DNA of 64,000 nt from an uncultured Spirochaetota bacterium. GTDB taxonomy: Bacteria; Spirochaetota; Brevinematia; Brevinematales; JAOACQ01. Under the pieces are notes generated by a model that saw only the letters and a program-made list of their open reading frames with translations, searched no databases and had not been told where the DNA came from. How positions within the stretch are numbered: the stretch's first letter is position 1; each line of letters starts with the position of its first letter. Made by a program: the position numbers and the translations under genes. Where the stretch lies: assembly GCA_963768055.1 (NCBI GenBank), contig CAVYGN010000002.1:576001-640000 (forward strand). The letters are read 5' to 3'. Positions 59,741 to 64,000 of the stretch are shown one piece after another.

Positions 59741-60013
59741 TCATTCCCATAAAATAAGAAAATTTTCGAGGAGCTCATCAGGCACCCTGACATATTCCTT
59801 CATAACAGCGCCGTAAGCTTCAAAGAGCTTCGTGTTATACTTTTTTATGAAATCCTTCCTGTCCGCTTCAGTCAGTCTAATGGCAAGCGTTTCGGAATTT
59901 GAAAGCAGGGTGAGCATATTTCCGTTCAGGGATGTATAAGGGTTCTTGTCGCCTTTCCGTTCGATAGCCGGAATCGTCGCAATCAGCCTGTCGTATAATG
60001 CCGCTTTATCCAT
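59741..60013 (-). CDS. TfoX-N-like small protein, possibly 3'-truncated
   Basis: PYTSLNGNM...LAIRL...YGAVMKEYV.VP pattern; ends abruptly in FLILWE. Confidence 0.55.
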   Translation of the reverse strand: MDKAALYDRLIATIPAIERKGDKNPYTSLNGNMLTLLSNSETLAIRLTEADRKDFIKKYNTKLFEAYGAVMKEYVRVPDELLENFLILWE

Positions 60014-60251
60014 GAGCGCATCCTTAGTAAAGGATTATTAATATAATAAACAGTTGTATGAAAAAGAACAAATGAAAACCAGAACATTGGAATTGTCGAC
60101 AGGCCAGTTTGTCATATCCACATCTGCATAATCTTATTTCTTATAGGACGCAGGGCCGGTTATTACAAATAAATAAAAAATTTTCACCTTATTTCCGATT
60201 ATTGAAATTATTTTAGTAAAATAATTGGGAGAAATTAAATAATAGCATGGG

Positions 60252-60509
60252 GTGCATTTTGAAATTAAAACTGATTATATCATTGGCCGTTTTAATATTG
60301 TGCGGGTGTGCGAAGGCGCCGGATCTATCAGCCCATCAGGCATTATAAAGGTGAACCAGGGGGACAACCAGGATTTCACGATAACCGAAGTACGGGGAAA
60401 GCCGTTTACACTTTCCGTTCTGGTCAACGGGGTAGACCAGGGAGTGATAACATCTTATACTTTTACAAATGTTCAGTCTAACCAGACTATAACTGCAATT
60501 TTTAAATAG
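60252..60509 (+). pseudogene. Orphan InlB B-repeat-like domain, probable fragment of a surface-protein gene
   Basis: GSISPSG...V..G.NQ.FTIT...V.VNG......SYTFTNV.SN.TI.A.F; no signal peptide. Confidence 0.55.
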
Positions 60510-60924
60510 AACCCATGCTTAAACTCTGGTCCGGGGACAGCAAATATTTGAAAAAATACGGATCAAGCGGGCAATTGCGCTTATTCTGCCCCGATCCGGC
60601 TAATGGAAAAACTAAGAGGAATTATTTACCGCCTGAAAAGGAAAAATATATCTACTCCCATTCTGTTACATCAGGAAACGACATTTTTTTCAGTGACATG
60701 GAAGATATAATATTGCATCCATGTTGAATAAGACAGTTCAGGGCGCATAATGCTAAAACCCCCCATTCTGATCATTTTTCCGGTTTTTGACTATAATTTT
60801 AACTCCTTTTATACTAATTTTACATGAACAGGGGGGTTTTGGTACAGCCATGATTGTCGGTTGACTTCTGGTTATACCCCCGTGTGTTAGGATAGTTGTC
60901 GCCTAAAATATTAGGAGACAAAAA

Positions 60925-61407
60925 ATGAATAGTCAAATTCGTTCAGAGGAATTCAGGAAATCTATCGTTCAAAAGATGTGTATGCCAGGAGGAAAAACAG
61001 TATCTGAACTGAGCCAGGAAATAGGAGTATGTGAACAAACCCTTTACAACTGGAGGAAAATGATCCAGAATAATGTATCCAGAGGATTCCAGGATAGAAG
61101 CCCGAGAGGCTGGAAATTATCTGATAAATATCAGGCGGTAGTAGACGCAGCAAGCCAATCGGGAGAAGAGTTAGGACAGTGGTTGAGAAAAAATGGTCTC
61201 CAGTCGACTCATATCGAACTCTGGAAACAGGAGTGTTTATCAGTGATATCTAATAACTCATACAGAGAAGAAAACAAGGGTTTGAAAGCAAAAATCATAG
61301 AGTTAGAAAAAGAAATTAACCGTAAGGATAAAACTATAGCCGAGGTTACTTCTCTGCTGGTGCTTAAAAAAAAACTGAACAAGCTGTTCGGGATCGAGGA
61401 AGATTAA
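60925..61407 (+). CDS. IS3-family transposase OrfA
   Basis: HTH (TVSELSQEIGVCEQTLYNW), leucine zipper, LLVLKKK slip region. Confidence 0.92.
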   Translation: MNSQIRSEEFRKSIVQKMCMPGGKTVSELSQEIGVCEQTLYNWRKMIQNNVSRGFQDRSPRGWKLSDKYQAVVDAASQSGEELGQWLRKNGLQSTHIELWKQECLSVISNNSYREENKGLKAKIIELEKEINRKDKTIAEVTSLLVLKKKLNKLFGIEED

Positions 61408-62441
61408 CTCCATTGGATATACGCATAGATATCTGTGCCTTGATTAATGAGGCTGTTACGACAGGGGCCAGCAGGGATAAGGCTTGTGAAGAATCTGGCT
61501 ATGATATAAGGACCATACAGCGCTGGAATAAAAATCTTGAGGGAGACAGAAGAAAATTGAGAAATGTAATGCCTTCAAATGCCCTGTCGGCCGAAGAAAG
61601 GGAGGAGATCATCTCCTGCTGTTGCAGCGAGAGATTTAGAGATATGACGCCGAATGAAATAGTGCCCATGCTGGCAGAGGAAGGTCGGTATATAGCATCA
61701 GAATCATCTTTTTACCGCGTTTTAAAGGACAATGATTTGCTGCACCATAGATACGAAACGAAGCCGAAAACGGCAAGGAAAACGCCAAGAGAACTGGAAG
61801 CGACGGGTCCTAATCAGGTATGGAGTTGGGATATTACATATATATCCAGTCATATAAAAGGTAAGTATTTCTACCTCTATATGATCGAAGATGTCTGGAG
61901 CCGTAAGATAGTCGGCTGGAAAATGCACGAGGAGGAAAGCTCTGATCATGCCGCAAGAATGGTGGCAGAGATCGGAGAAACCATTGATTTGAAAGGCTTG
62001 TATTTACATTCTGATAATGGTTCTCCTATGAAAGGGGCTACGATGTTAGCGACCTTGCAGAGGTTACAGGTTATGCCGTCGTTTTCAAGGCCGAGTGTAA
62101 GTAACGATAACCCTTACTCAGAATCATTGTTTAAAACATTGAAATATAATGTGAAATACCCAGGCAATTTCGAGACAATGGAATCGGTAGAAATATGGAT
62201 GCAAAATTTTGTAGACTGGTATAATAATAAACATCTTCATTCAGGGATCGGATATGTCACACCAGCACAGAGACATGAAGGTAAAGATAAGGCGATACTC
62301 CTGAAGAGAGCGGAAACTTATGCGGCTGCAAAAAGCAGACATCCTGAAAGATGGTCAGGAGAATCTAAAAAATGGGAACGGATAGAATCGGTATTTTTAA
62401 ACCCGAGTAAGACTAACAAGGAATCGTTGGTTGCGGCGTAA
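61368..62441 (+). CDS. IS3-family transposase OrfB (DDE), reached by -1 frameshift
   Basis: VWSWDITY, LHSDNGSPM, NDNPYSESLFKTLK, WYN..H.HS; -1 frame open from the A9 run at 61366-61374. Confidence 0.92.
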   Translation, partial: KKTEQAVRDRGRLTPLDIRIDICALINEAVTTGASRDKACEESGYDIRTIQRWNKNLEGDRRKLRNVMPSNALSAEEREEIISCCCSERFRDMTPNEIVPMLAEEGRYIASESSFYRVLKDNDLLHHRYETKPKTARKTPRELEATGPNQVWSWDITYISSHIKGKYFYLYMIEDVWSRKIVGWKMHEEESSDHAARMVAEIGETIDLKGLYLHSDNGSPMKGATMLATLQRLQVMPSFSRPSVSNDNPYSESLFKTLKYNVKYPGNFETMESVEIWMQNFVDWYNNKHLHSGIGYVTPAQRHEGKDKAILLKRAETYAAAKSRHPERWSGESKKWERIESVFLNPSKTNKESLVAA

Positions 62442-62551
62442 AATAAAAGCGACAACTCCCTTGACAAAAACCGATACTGATCAAAGGTTTATATTGAGGA
62501 ATTTACTATAAACCCTGAACGGGGTTTTCAATAAATTCTTAGGAGGGTACT

Positions 62552-62872
62552 ATGAAAACAAAGATCATGTTAACTCTGGTCCTTTTAGTTCTGTTTTGCG
62601 GTATGACGTATGCCCAGGATGCAAATACGTTTGCTGCTATCAGTTTTGAGAAAGGCGGTTTAATGTATCATGGAAAACAGGTAGACATCATCGGTTTTGG
62701 TGGATTAAATATAAAAAGTTCCGATATAAGCGAGTTTTCTTCTTATCAAAATGGTTCTGATACCATAGTGGTTATCAAAACAAAGAATAATGATATGGTG
62801 GAATATTCTCAGCGGTTAGTCAAATTTTTATATTACACTTCATTACATAAACAATTATTAGTGGTGTTTTAA
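62552..62872 (+). CDS. Small exported hypothetical protein
   Basis: AGGAGG RBS; signal peptide ending TYA-Q. Confidence 0.75.
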   Translation: MKTKIMLTLVLLVLFCGMTYAQDANTFAAISFEKGGLMYHGKQVDIIGFGGLNIKSSDISEFSSYQNGSDTIVVIKTKNNDMVEYSQRLVKFLYYTSLHKQLLVVF

Positions 62873-63197
62873 GCATGGCTTAGCTTAAACAAAAAGGATA
62901 TTGAGTCTGACATCCAGTTACCGGCGAAGGATCGCTTCGATGTCATATTATACTTACGAGATTCTAAATTCTTTTACAATGAGCGGTTTAAACCAAATTA
63001 TGAAGGAAATCAACAATATTTATAAATTAAAGGAATTTCAGCCGATTTATGCAACGGCTGGGATGAAGCTATGCAGTAAATTATCTTTTGAACTTTAGTT
63101 AGACTACTTTTAGCTATTAGAACATCTACAGTAGTATTAAATGGGGAAAAGTCTTCTAAATCTGTAAAATCGGTGGTTCCGGACTGAAGTTCTCAAT

Positions 63198-63227
63198 AAA
63201 AAACCTCCTTCGATGTAAAGGAGGTTT
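63198..63227 (-). terminator. Rho-independent terminator of the tRNA operon
   Basis: AAACCTCCTT/AAGGAGGTTT stem with U-run on the minus strand. Confidence 0.8.
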
Positions 63228-63230
63228 AAT

Positions 63231-63305
63231 TAGCCCTATCGGGATTCGAACCCGAGTCACCGCCGTGAGAGGGCGGTGTCCTAGACCAGGCTAGACGATA
63301 GGGCC
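63231..63305 (-). tRNA. tRNA-Glu (CTC)
   Basis: Cloverleaf GGCCCTA.../CCGCC-CTCTCAC-GGCGG/TTCGAAT; CCA not encoded. Confidence 0.96.
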
Positions 63306-63349
63306 GTTAAAAAAGAACAAACCACACCCCCGGGGTGTGGTTCAATATG

Positions 63350-63420
63350 CTGGGGCGGAAGGAGTCGAACCCTCACAAACAGATCCAGAGTCTGTCGTCC
63401 TACCATTAGACAACGCCCCA
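63350..63420 (-). tRNA. tRNA-Gln (CTG)
   Basis: Cloverleaf TGGGGCG/CGCCCCA, ACAGA-CTCTGGA-TCTGT, TTCGACT; CCA not encoded. Confidence 0.96.
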
Positions 63421-63432
63421 TAGAAGAAGTAA

Positions 63433-63461
63433 ATTTTAAATTAATATCCCTCTTTCGTCAA
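63433..63461 (-). promoter_or_regulatory. sigma70 promoter of tRNA-Gln/tRNA-Glu
   Basis: TTGACG-N17-TAAAAT just upstream of tRNA-Gln. Confidence 0.7.
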
Positions 63462-63588
63462 ATAATCGACGGCCCTATAAGGACGGGCAAGCAGGAAATA
63501 TTTTGTTGCTTTATCTTAAAAATGTATTATAATAGAATTAGAGGAATATTTTAGAACATATATAAAATTTCCGCAAGGAGGTTCTGGC

Positions 63589-64000
63589 ATGGACCGCAAA
63601 AGCAATAACAATATTAAACATCCGGATATTCATGAAAATGAAGATATAATTAAATTAAAACATGAAATTGAAAAATTAAAGAAGGAACTTTCAGCGGCTA
63701 ATAAAATGGTGCGCATGTTTGAAGAAGTCACTCAGCTCAATAATGAGGAATTAGTCGATAGAAATAACCTCCTGAAGGCTCATGAGACGGCTCAAAAGAT
63801 TGCAAAGCAGGAAGTCAGGGAAATAAACAAAATTAACAGACTTATTGGCGGACTGCCTGTTAAACCCAATTACAAGGCTGTAAAAGAAAAAAAATCGGCA
63901 GCCGCGCATACTTTTAATATCTTTAAAAAGGGCCATAAAAGGGAATTGACAATCCGCGAACTGCTCAATCTATTGGACGCTTATGAAAAGATCGTAGAAT
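63589..64000 (+). CDS. Hypothetical coiled-coil protein (5' part; runs off window end)
   Basis: AAGGAGG RBS, ATG 63589, frame open to the window end (MDRKSNNNIKHPDIH...). Confidence 0.75.
   Translation, partial: MDRKSNNNIKHPDIHENEDIIKLKHEIEKLKKELSAANKMVRMFEEVTQLNNEELVDRNNLLKAHETAQKIAKQEVREINKINRLIGGLPVKPNYKAVKEKKSAAAHTFNIFKKGHKRELTIRELLNLLDAYEKIVE

Larger units (their letters stand above)
60855..62475 (+). mobile_element. IS3-family insertion sequence (ends approximate)
   Basis: orfA/orfB pair; inverted boxes TGTTAGGATAGTTGTCGC (60885-60902) and GCGACAACTCCCTTGACA (62449-62466), 14/18 match. Confidence 0.88.

Noticed and set aside
62901..63098. 65-aa ORF and similar short ORFs (60515-60727, 58661-58963)
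   Set aside because: Weak starts or no motifs; cannot be supported as genes
63469..63478. ACGGCCCTAT matching the tRNA-Glu 5' end as a possible att site
   Set aside because: Only 10 nt, inverted relative to the tRNA and at the wrong end; no integrase
183..63936. Many short ORFs antisense to or nested in long genes
   Set aside because: Shadow frames of well-supported genes with no independent evidence

Overview
AT-rich bacterial chromosomal window, most likely from an anaerobic free-living spirochaete (inferred from gene content only). It carries housekeeping genes (pheST, proA, nadD, murA, thiDC, pckG, glgX, bfr), an XRE-cupin/leuCD-like operon near a Re-citrate-synthase-like gene, and a bacterial XPB helicase with a Helicase_C_3 partner. 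A ~17 kb redox block holds a group 3b [NiFe]-hydrogenase operon, a LacI-sensor/PAS/LuxR one-component regulator, tRNA-Ala, nfnAB and a trimeric [FeFe]-hydrogenase whose NuoF-like subunit is fused to a GltD/NfnB-like module. A TPR-rich envelope cluster follows, then a decayed region with an intact IS3-family element beside tRNA-Glu and tRNA-Gln. The most interesting non-coding signals are (i) three phased operator-like repeats, a -10 box and a terminator-ended ~125-nt unit right after the LuxR-type regulator (candidate regulator/sRNA module), (ii) a dispersed ~280-bp MITE-like family with six arm copies at two loci, and (iii) several ~100-bp palindromic elements. No CRISPR array, rRNA, integrase or convincing riboswitch was seen. 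All family assignments are by motif recognition, not database search.
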